A stretch of DNA of 61,590 nt, counting the filler. It is 8 parts of 8 records of this genome, joined end to end, with 100 filler letters (N's around TTAATTAATTAA, not from the genome) between each part and the next. Parts side by side here need not be neighbours in the genome. Positions count along the whole stretch, not along the records: positions 20,885 to 34,890 come from SRR2962707_4412; positions 34,991 to 41,028 come from SRR2962707_4418; 6 more parts are not named here. One strand, given 5' to 3'. Of the stretch, positions 29,101-35,330 are shown piece by piece (the first letter of the stretch is position 1; every line of letters begins with the position of its first letter). Position numbers and translations under genes: made by a program. The notes under the pieces are model-generated. The model had not been told where the DNA came from. It made no database searches and saw nothing but the letters and a program-made list of their open reading frames with translations.

Positions 29101-31376
29101 TTGACATTGTTCTGATTGACACCCCGCGTCATGGCTCGGTCAGTGTGGAGAGCGACGGAACGCTGATCTATTCACCGGACCAACACGTCTTCGGTGAAGA
29201 TCGATTGACCTACCGCGTATCCGATGCTCAGGGTGGCGAATCCCGTGTGGTCAGCGCCCGCCTGCGGATTACACCTAAAGCCGATGTACCGTTGATCAGC
29301 GGTACCCCCACCCGTACGGTCACGGCAGAAGAAGCCTATCGCTTTACTCCGGTGGTGAAGGATATAGACGGCAATCCGTTGCAGTTCAGCATTCTCAACA
29401 AGCCGATATGGGCGACGTTTGATGACACCACGGGCCGCCTTTCAGGTACGCCAGGCGTTGCCCAGGTGGGGGTGACAGAAGGTATTGTGATCTCCGTAAG
29501 CAATGGGGATGAGAGTGCCAGTTTGCCGGCATTCGATTTGCTGGTGGCCGATAATTCTGGCGGCGATCAGGCGACGGGAGGTGGTGTAACAAGTCCAGCA
29601 GGGCCCGGAGCGGAAGAAGATTCTCCGGTTTACAGGGTTAACCCTGACGATCCGCAGTTGAGCCTGCCGGAAAGCAGCTGGCCGGCGACGGAAGGCGAGC
29701 CTCCCCATTCGGTTTACCGCGTCAGTTTCATCGATGCGAATGGGGATGGCCGCACGATCAGCGTAACGCAAGGCGCTAACGTGGCACCGCCGCTCAGCTC
29801 TGGTCCGAATGCGAATGGCGAGCTGGGACTGGAATTCAGTCAGGCCGATGGCAGTCGTCAAACGGTCAGTATCGGCCCTGACGGTGAGACGGAGCTCCTT
29901 GTCTTCCGCCAGGCCGGAGACGCGTCGCCGGTCAGTCGATTGACCAGTCGCGCCCCGCAACTGGATTCTGAGGTTCGCGAAGACGGAAGGGTCGTCAGTG
30001 GCACTGTCATCGAACGCACCGCTGGCGGTTTCGCCAAAGTGGATATCACCCAGTCACCGAACGCCGGTCTCACTGTTGCCATGACGATCGTGGCTGTTGA
30101 CGGTACTGAGAGCGATCCCACGCTGTTCCAGTTTGATCTGGTTCCGGCCGATGTCGATCTGTCAGCCGATGGGGTTGTGACCCTACAGGGACAAACGGTC
30201 AATGGTGCCGGTGATGCGGTGGTGGTCAGCGTGCGTCTTGATGCCCGCGGAGGAATGACGGTCCTGTCCAGTGTCGATGATGGCGTATCAGACATCAGTA
30301 GTGGCATTGTGACGGAGAGCCCGGGTGCCATTGGTGGGCTCGATGCCGCAGGGAATGTGTTGGTGACGCCCAGCCTGAATGCGCCTGCGAATCTGGCGGT
30401 CACTGTCGACAACCTTGGTACCCTTGAGTTCGATGAAAACGGCACGACCGTGACAGAACCCAACGGGGGCAAGGTGGTGCTCGACGCCTCGGGTGTCAGC
30501 CAGGTAACTCTGAATGATGACCCGGATGGTAACGGGCTTCGCCGTGCGGCTGAAGTCTCTCGCCCCGGTGCCGGAGTGCAATCCCTGGCACGACTCGAGG
30601 TGACGGACGTTGAAAGCGGCAATGCCGGCGTCTTCGTAGAGAATGCGGCTGATGGTGATGGCTTTGCAGTTCAGCGGAACCTCGGTGATCGAACCCTCAC
30701 AAGTCAGATTCGCCTGGATGGAAGCGCGCAACATCGCCTTGCCGTTGACGGGCAGCCTGCCAATGAAGTCATCGCCCTGTTGCCTCAGACCCTCTCCATT
30801 TTCTTCGATGACCGGGCGGTGACCGTTGCCGATCAGAACGACGCAACGCTCTACGTGGAGGCTCTGCTCAGTGGGGAAATGCGGCACGAAGTTGTCCGTG
30901 CAGGGAACAGCACGCGTGCGATCAGTCGTTTGCCAGGCTCCCGGACGCAGATGGAGCAGGGTGAGAATGGCGCTCAGGTGATCACAGAAGGCGCCAGTGA
31001 GGGGCGGCAGATCACGGTGATTGCCCGAGAGGATGGCTCTGCTCGTCATCAACTGGTAAACCGGCTAGGTCATCGGACGCGGGCGGAGATTGCGATTCCC
31101 GGAACCGCGACCGATATTGCGGAAGATGGAGGATTGATCAGTCGGGTGCGCTTGGGGAGCATTGATCTCTGTGCCTGGGTGGAGACCTTCGGCAATGGTG
31201 AGACCTCGACCGGATTCGGACGCTATGACGCCGCTCAGGGGAGCTGTGTGGATATTACCAGCCCAACGAACCTGGATAGTGCGTTTGAGTCCGGCAATGC
31301 GGTTTCTGTCGAAGAGAGCGATGGATACTACTCAATCACAGTTGAGGCGGACGTTACCCGCCCAATCCGATTCTGA
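23199..31376 (+). CDS. Giant (2725 aa) exported surface protein/adhesin: signal peptide, DUF4347, cadherin-like and many bacterial Ig-like repeats, He_PIG-type Ig domain, unassigned ~580-aa C-terminal region
   Basis: DUF4347 motifs (IYLVSHG, DILLYGC, GADVAASVNDTG…GGDWVLE), NNAPTDISL cadherin-like unit, D.AGN.S Ig units, five NxAPxAxxD…YTP..GF.G.D…Y units, and PLISGTP…GRLSGTP. Confidence 0.88.
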   Translation: MKLKQAMNVCAVIGTYATMLFSGNLWASQTSLTHHVIGEWDNSAAAAQADLGSELVIIDHDVPDSDILVGALPPQTAVIALSSANTIEELNEILGSYHGLKAIYLVSHGQSGEFSLLGQRINFESLSQAPALANALGGALVTGGDILLYGCSIGQGQQGADFIELFSAASGADVAASVNDTGSFAKGGDWVLEYSSGVVEGGTPFEGSALREYSSLLASAVLNYAAQPSTNNVADYALSASLTANTNFTIDWGNGDQGPDTYTSSLLRVFGGFAIAPIQGGTLGGTDGMVFNASTMGLQLTANNSFSLDVLNLYRRADTSPTRTEDFTIKGFKNGAQIVQDTLTWVQALQNNTTEVFTRGVGTWDANPAWDNIDKLVISWPDPSSFENASAYQEIAVVSISVSDPVSGNNAPTDISLDSSTITQGATGPGAVVGNLATSDADTGDTHTYSLVTNGTSGSGSCGATGDDENASFQVDNANDQLETAGSLTAGTYNVCVQTDDGTDSYQKSLSISVVVDSDGSLIPAGGVIEPVGLDTTIDTVGEAVDLFDFTLSDGGTNDGLPMAVSQVVVNVSGTSTDTERAKITWRLNGPDASNVTGTYSAAADTITFPGLSISVADGASETYTINAYYNDNRGLTEDNTIILSVDGDTDLTVESSGTQMGGTSSVHNGTGTAIDVVATQLAFVTQPAGSTSGSALSTQPVVAARDAFGNTDVDFSETITLTESSAGALSNSAASSVSGVATFTGVIYTATSDQESFTLIANDQDSVGSDLVPVNANAVTSDVVATKLLFDTQPSPASVTSGSSTAFTTVPVIRAVDANDITDTGYSTNIMIAEINGAGSATMTGTGDLDGDGSTVTLAPGVGVATFTGLQITYTASGASNENFNLQASSGGLSSATSTQLTASVTPTITSVSVPANATYVAGQNLDVTVNTSGAITVNTAGGTPRIVLDIGGSTAYANYLSGSGTNSLAFRYTLQSGDLDTDGIGIATLDTNGGTLQNSSGNDLDTTLNAVGSTAAILVDAVNPTVSSVTVPSAGRYVAGNNLDFTLNVSENLTLNTGGGVPRIALTLGSTTRYASYISGSGTASLVFRYVVQSGDEDTDGVTVAAAVDSNGGTLKDAAGNDLVTTLNAVGDTSAILVDTVAPAGHSVNFDDSTLNAAEAASASFTFIAAEVGTDYSYTISSTGGGTPVTGSGTVATASDQITGVDLSGLADGTLTLSVTLTDTAGNSAVAVTGTATLDVTAATVTLSTVAPAVTNAAFEVAIVFSEAVDGFMVGDVTAVNAALSGFTGSGANYSVTVTPSNDGVVTVDVASAVAQDAAGNSNVAATQLSRVFDGTAPAPVISTDANALTNGPINLTINFGEVVSGFVSGDLSVTNGNVTAFTDQGGGVFDLTVEAAADGNVVLSLPAAVADDEAGNASIAATPLTIAFDGSGPTLQSSSPSAGASAVSYQSGLTLTFDEPVFAVSGDLVLQDATEGVEHTRIAIDGAGVVIVGAQVEVTLEKTLVPTHDYYVTVASGSLEDEAGNAWGGIQNDTTLSFTVGNEAPQANNDTATISQDQSVAIDLLANDTDLEGDLSPASVRMTTAPFHGQVTINTGTGVAIYTPEPGFNGSDSFAYVVEDQYRGQSAAATVAVNVVAEVRAPVARADVANGVPGDIVVLDLLANDSPGIGGVSLDNVTLTLINRPLNGTAEIANGELTYVSEEGFGGIEQLRYSLTDPDGRVSNVADVWINLSDSNQPPVTLDDSAETPAGTTLTLDILANDSDSEGALDPSSVSLMSLPAHGSVNLDEVTGRLTYAPDAGFRGEDRLTYVVRDAEGLVSPVAEVILAVGTNEAPVARDDQVRLVGDKVHAISVLGNDGNGSASLVSSSLRVVNTPLQGSVAVDAALGLLLYTPDAGFTGTDELTYTVEDDQGRVSAPAIVRIGSGIVNNVPVANPDRFVLEEDSSLTLDLLTNDQDLEAGLSRFDIVLIDTPRHGSVSVESDGTLIYSPDQHVFGEDRLTYRVSDAQGGESRVVSARLRITPKADVPLISGTPTRTVTAEEAYRFTPVVKDIDGNPLQFSILNKPIWATFDDTTGRLSGTPGVAQVGVTEGIVISVSNGDESASLPAFDLLVADNSGGDQATGGGVTSPAGPGAEEDSPVYRVNPDDPQLSLPESSWPATEGEPPHSVYRVSFIDANGDGRTISVTQGANVAPPLSSGPNANGELGLEFSQADGSRQTVSIGPDGETELLVFRQAGDASPVSRLTSRAPQLDSEVREDGRVVSGTVIERTAGGFAKVDITQSPNAGLTVAMTIVAVDGTESDPTLFQFDLVPADVDLSADGVVTLQGQTVNGAGDAVVVSVRLDARGGMTVLSSVDDGVSDISSGIVTESPGAIGGLDAAGNVLVTPSLNAPANLAVTVDNLGTLEFDENGTTVTEPNGGKVVLDASGVSQVTLNDDPDGNGLRRAAEVSRPGAGVQSLARLEVTDVESGNAGVFVENAADGDGFAVQRNLGDRTLTSQIRLDGSAQHRLAVDGQPANEVIALLPQTLSIFFDDRAVTVADQNDATLYVEALLSGEMRHEVVRAGNSTRAISRLPGSRTQMEQGENGAQVITEGASEGRQITVIAREDGSARHQLVNRLGHRTRAEIAIPGTATDIAEDGGLISRVRLGSIDLCAWVETFGNGETSTGFGRYDAAQGSCVDITSPTNLDSAFESGNAVSVEESDGYYSITVEADVTRPIRF
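25920..26633 (+). repeat. Two tandem ~118-aa Ig-like repeats inside the adhesin
   Basis: PTITSVSVPANATY…SGSGTNSLAFRYTLQSGDLDTDG…ILVD and PTVSSVTVPSAGRY…SGSGTASLVFRYVVQSGDEDTDG…ILVD. Confidence 0.9.
27831..29280 (+). repeat. Five tandem ~97-aa cadherin-like/Big_9 repeats inside the adhesin
   Basis: Units begin NEAPQANND, VRAPVARAD, NQPPVTLDD, NEAPVARDD and NNVPVANPD. Each has L.ND, a P..G strand and Y.V/L.D..G..S. Confidence 0.88.
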
Positions 31377-31387
31377 GGTAGAGAATT

Positions 31388-31690
31388 ATGCAGATACAGA
31401 CAGTTAGGCGTTCTCTCGGATTGGCAGTGTTGGGCAGTGTCTTTGCCCTGCTGGCTGCTTGCGGTGGTGACTACTCCGCTAAAGAAAAGTCATCAGGCGC
31501 GGATAACGGACCGGTTGTCGTTTCTCTGGTAACAGGAAACGAAACGGAGGTGTTCTCCGGCGATGAGGTGGTAGATCCGGAGGGGGACGCCCGTATAAGG
31601 GTCCGGCATGAATCCGTGAATGATCGTAAATTCGTAACCCTGTTGTCGGGTTCCGCGAATCTGGTCCGGCATTCGGGAGGAGAAGGTTGA
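31388..31690 (+). CDS. Small (100 aa) lipoprotein of unknown function
   Basis: Basic n-region, hydrophobic h-region and lipobox LAA-C25-GG. Starts 11 nt after the adhesin stop; beta-rich mature part. Confidence 0.8.
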   Translation: MQIQTVRRSLGLAVLGSVFALLAACGGDYSAKEKSSGADNGPVVVSLVTGNETEVFSGDEVVDPEGDARIRVRHESVNDRKFVTLLSGSANLVRHSGGEG

Positions 31691-32277
31691 TGAAACTCTC
31701 TCCCTCCTGCCGTCTGGCGTTTTTTATCTTGCCTCTGGTAACCACGCCCTGTGTTGCAGAGGATAACTGGTGGGTCAGTGCCCACATTGCTGCCACCCAT
31801 TCCGATAGCCAGCTGACGGGCCCAGGGAGCGCGACCCTGAGGCTGGAAGAGGGTGCCGCGGTGCAGCCTGGATTCGCCATTTCCCGGGGTAGTCAGTTCG
31901 CCGGTCACCATATTCGTCTGGCGGCTCAGGCTGGTTATGCGAGTTGGGCGGAGGCCAGCGGGGCTCTGTTGGTGCTTGGGGGCGACTATCTCTGGAATGA
32001 CCGTCTCGGATCCTCTGGTGGGGTATACCTCGGGCCTCGCCTCGGAGTGATGGAATTTGACGAGAACATCACTGACCAATCGGATACGACCGCAGTGTAC
32101 GGCTACGAGTTCGGATTTGACCAACCCTTCTACGATGGCGGCATGACGCTGGGGCTGTTCTATCAGCAACTGTTTGTCGACGTGAACAACCGGGCGTCGG
32201 CGTCAACCGGCAGCGCATTGGGAGTCAGTGTTGACCGGCTTGATAGCCTGGGTATCCGTTTAAGCTGGCGGCTTTAG
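31690..32277 (+). CDS. Small outer-membrane beta-barrel protein (about 8 strands, OmpA-TM/Ail/OmpW-like)
   Basis: Signal peptide, alternating strands (GGDYLW, VYLGPRLG, YGYEFGF, LGLFYQ) and C-terminal LGIRLSWRL. TGATG overlap with the lipoprotein stop. Confidence 0.78.
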   Translation: MKLSPSCRLAFFILPLVTTPCVAEDNWWVSAHIAATHSDSQLTGPGSATLRLEEGAAVQPGFAISRGSQFAGHHIRLAAQAGYASWAEASGALLVLGGDYLWNDRLGSSGGVYLGPRLGVMEFDENITDQSDTTAVYGYEFGFDQPFYDGGMTLGLFYQQLFVDVNNRASASTGSALGVSVDRLDSLGIRLSWRL

Positions 32278-32328
32278 TCGCTAGCCGCTACCATTTGGGG
32301 GTCAAAACCCGTAAAGACAGGATGTTAC

Positions 32329-33684
32329 GTGGCTTCCACCCAGATGAAAGAGCGGCTCCAGGCTGCTGAAGACTGGATACTGTCCAATTCCAACCCACCG
32401 CAGACCTGGCCCTGGACCTGGCTGTATAAATCCGGGCGCTCGGCTTATGCCCTGATCCGCGATGTGATCAGTGGTCAGCTGACACTGCACGCCATGAGCC
32501 TGGTTTACACCACGTTGCTCAGCATTGTGCCGTTGCTCGCCCTGAGCTTTTCCGTGCTGAAAGCGCTGGGTGTGCACCAGCGCATGGAGCCATTCCTGTA
32601 CCAGTTCTTCCAGCCGATGGGCCCACAGGGTGTGGAGGTGGCTGAGCGAATCCTGGGCTTTGTCGATAATATGAAAGTCGGTGTGTTGGGCTCGGTGGGT
32701 CTGGCCTTGTTGGTGTACACCGTCATTTCCCTGGTTCAGAAAATCGAGCGCTCGTTCAACATGATCTGGCGGGTGCCGGAAATGCGCTCCATGGCGCAGC
32801 GTTTCAGTAACTATCTGAGCGTCATCATGGTCGGCCCCTTGTTGATGGTTTCGGCTATCGGGGTAACCGCCACCATATTCTCTTCAGAAATCGCGCAGAA
32901 TCTTATGGCCATCGAGCCGTTTGGTTCGTTGATTGTCCTTGCCAGTCGATTTACACCATTTTTCCTGGTGGTGGGCGCGTTCACCTTTGTTTACATCTTT
33001 ATCCCTAACACCCGGGTGAAGCTGCGCTACGCGTTTATCGCCGGGCTGGTGGCCGGCGTTTCCTGGCAGGCTGGCGGCATGCTGTTTGCCTCGTTCGTGG
33101 CCGGCTCGGCCAAGTATGCGGCCATCTACTCCGGTTTTGCGGTCGGTATCATTCTGCTGATCTGGACGTATCTGAACTGGATGATCCTGCTGCTTGGCGC
33201 CAGTCTGGCTTTCTATCTGCAAAACCCGGGGGCCGTAGCCAAGCGCCGGAATGTCCAGCTGGCGCCGGAATTGCAGGAGCGGGTAGGGCTTGCCCTGATG
33301 TGGATGGTGGCCAAGCCGTTCAGCCGCGGTGAACCGGCGCCTCAGCAGGAGTCTCTGGAGCAGCAGTTGCGGATTCCCGGCGAAGTCACCCGCAAGATCA
33401 GCGACAAGCTGATCCGCGCCGGATTGCTGAATCTGGCGGGGCGAGATGGCGATCAGCTGGTTCCAGGGCGAACACTGGATCTGATTACGGTCGGCAGTGT
33501 GCTGCGGGCTGTGCGCAAGGACGAAGACCGGGTGGTGGATCGTCTTCCAGCCGGTGCCATGCCGCGGGAGTTGACCGATCTGGCGCCCACCAGCGATGAC
33601 GTCAGTTTTGCCAGCCTGCTGAATGCCGATATACCGCCCGGGGCGGACACTGTCAAAGCACCGGCGTCAGGTCCGAACCTGTGA
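32329..33684 (+). CDS. yihY: YihY/virulence factor BrkB-family membrane protein with C-terminal extension
   Basis: AMSLVYTTLLSIVPLLA, IERSFNMIWRV, YIFIPNTRV and YAAIYSGFA…WMILLLGA. Confidence 0.88.
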   Translation: MASTQMKERLQAAEDWILSNSNPPQTWPWTWLYKSGRSAYALIRDVISGQLTLHAMSLVYTTLLSIVPLLALSFSVLKALGVHQRMEPFLYQFFQPMGPQGVEVAERILGFVDNMKVGVLGSVGLALLVYTVISLVQKIERSFNMIWRVPEMRSMAQRFSNYLSVIMVGPLLMVSAIGVTATIFSSEIAQNLMAIEPFGSLIVLASRFTPFFLVVGAFTFVYIFIPNTRVKLRYAFIAGLVAGVSWQAGGMLFASFVAGSAKYAAIYSGFAVGIILLIWTYLNWMILLLGASLAFYLQNPGAVAKRRNVQLAPELQERVGLALMWMVAKPFSRGEPAPQQESLEQQLRIPGEVTRKISDKLIRAGLLNLAGRDGDQLVPGRTLDLITVGSVLRAVRKDEDRVVDRLPAGAMPRELTDLAPTSDDVSFASLLNADIPPGADTVKAPASGPNL

Positions 33685-34716
33685 ACTTTTGCCTTCCTGG
33701 AGCATTCTGAGCAATACCGTACGTACCCTGCCCAGTTGCTCCGGGGACAGGTGCACAATGCGAATCAGATTCTCTTCTGACAGGTTTCTCTGGCGGGCAT
33801 GGCGCAGCACCTCCCGGGTGCCCAGAAGCAGGCCGTCGGTCAGTGCCGAGTGCGCCTGCCGCGGCGCCGGTCGTTCTGCCGATAACAGCCAGGCATGGTA
33901 TTTGGGCGGCAGAGTCCAGACATTCGCCAGTAGCTGACAAGTGGCCCACTGATAGCGGGTCAGGGCCAATCTCAGCAACGCCGGCTCCGGTTCACTGCCA
34001 GAGCCCCTGGTGCGGTAGATACGCCCCAGTTCCCTGCGAATGGTGATGTACGCCAATGCTGGCAGCAGGCCAACCATGAAGTGGGCGCTGGTGTCGTCCC
34101 GGTGAATCTTGGCAATCATTTCCGCCGCTCGGGCGCAGGTCAGGCCCCAGCGCCAGGATCGTTGGGCGAAAAGTGCCTCGCGGCTGTTTCGGGCCGCCAT
34201 CATAGGCCGCATAACCGCCGCAGCAATCACGTTCCGGATGCCGTCCACACCCAGCACGAACACCGCCTGGTCAACGGATTCTATGACGTGTTCACTCGGG
34301 CGGAAGTAGGGGCTGTTGGCCACCTGCAGCAACTGGTCGGTCAGTGACGGGTCACTCAGAATGATGCGGGTAAGCTCTTTGCGTTCGGTGGCTTCATTGG
34401 ACAGTGCTCGCATCAGCATGGGTAAGCTGCCAGGCTTCCTGGGCAGTTCTTCCATTTCGTTCATTTGCAGGCGCCGCTCGAGCTCGGCCAGTTCCTTTTC
34501 GCCACTATCTGTGCCGGCACGAAGTCGCGCGGGTTCCACATCAAGCAGCCAGGTGAACAGGTGGTCTTCCAGTTGGCCAACAATGTCGCCTTCATCGTTG
34601 CTATTGCCGGGCTGGCTGGTGCTGGAAGGATTAAAAAGCCGGGTTTCGGAGGCAGCCTGTGGGACGGATTGAGTGCTGTTGAACAGGCCTGATATCCAGG
34701 AAAAAAAGCCCGGCAT
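33667..34716 (-). CDS. HDOD-domain protein
   Basis: ELPRKP…ILSDPSLTDQLLQVANSPYF…SVDQAVFVLGVDGIRN…WTLP. GGAGG RBS before MPGFF. Confidence 0.85.
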   Translation of the reverse strand: MPGFFSWISGLFNSTQSVPQAASETRLFNPSSTSQPGNSNDEGDIVGQLEDHLFTWLLDVEPARLRAGTDSGEKELAELERRLQMNEMEELPRKPGSLPMLMRALSNEATERKELTRIILSDPSLTDQLLQVANSPYFRPSEHVIESVDQAVFVLGVDGIRNVIAAAVMRPMMAARNSREALFAQRSWRWGLTCARAAEMIAKIHRDDTSAHFMVGLLPALAYITIRRELGRIYRTRGSGSEPEPALLRLALTRYQWATCQLLANVWTLPPKYHAWLLSAERPAPRQAHSALTDGLLLGTREVLRHARQRNLSEENLIRIVHLSPEQLGRVRTVLLRMLQEGKSSQVRT

Positions 34717-34806
34717 CCCTTGCCTCCGCATAGCGTGTATAAAGAATGGACTGGTTATCTGGCCAGTATAGTAGCGTAATGCAACCCTGCACAGCCCTGA
34801 CAACGA

Positions 34807-34890
34807 TCAGAAAAAGGACTCGCCAAAGACAAAGACCAGTTGGCACACACCGGCCACCAGACCCAGGAAGGCGCCCACCAGGATCAGTTT
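34807..34890 (-). CDS. C-terminal fragment of a membrane protein, DUF445-like
   Basis: KLILVGAFLGLVAGVCQLVFVFGESFF-stop resembles the DUF445 C-terminal helix. Confidence 0.5.
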   Translation of the reverse strand, partial: KLILVGAFLGLVAGVCQLVFVFGESFF

Positions 34891-35330
34891 NNNNNNNNNN
34901 NNNNNNNNNNNNNNNNNNNNNNNNNNNNNNNNNNTTAATTAATTAANNNNNNNNNNNNNNNNNNNNNNNNNNNNNNNNNNNNNNNNNNNNCCCCCCCGCT
35001 CCCCCCCCCCCCCCCCCCCCTTGTGTTCTGTTGCTTGTGCTGTGTTGTGTATGTATTCTGTGTGTGTGGTTGTGTGTGTATTTGCTGCTGCTCGTGCTCT
35101 GCTGTATTTGTGCGCGTGGCGTTGCTCTGCCCGCTGTGCCCGCTGTGCGTCTGTCTCTGTGTGTATGTACTGTGTTTCTTTCTTGGTGTGGCGCTGCATA
35201 AGCGAAGAGATTCTGGCGCTTTTATGTGCCGAACCACTTGTTCTGGTTTCTCTTCGTGTTCGTCGTCCAGACTGTGAACTAATCTGCTGTATTGCACGCC
35301 AACTGTGATGGGCGCTCTTCGTCCTTATTA

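Noticed and set aside
23199-31376. RTX/T1SS adhesin or classical autotransporter
   Set aside because: No GGxGxDxL repeats, no T1SS genes on the contig, a signal-peptide-like N-terminus, and no recognisable 12-stranded autotransporter barrel pattern by eye.
34991-35330. Cys/Val-rich short ORFs at the start of contig 5
   Set aside because: They are translations of poly-C and TG-rich low-complexity, probably intronic, sequence.
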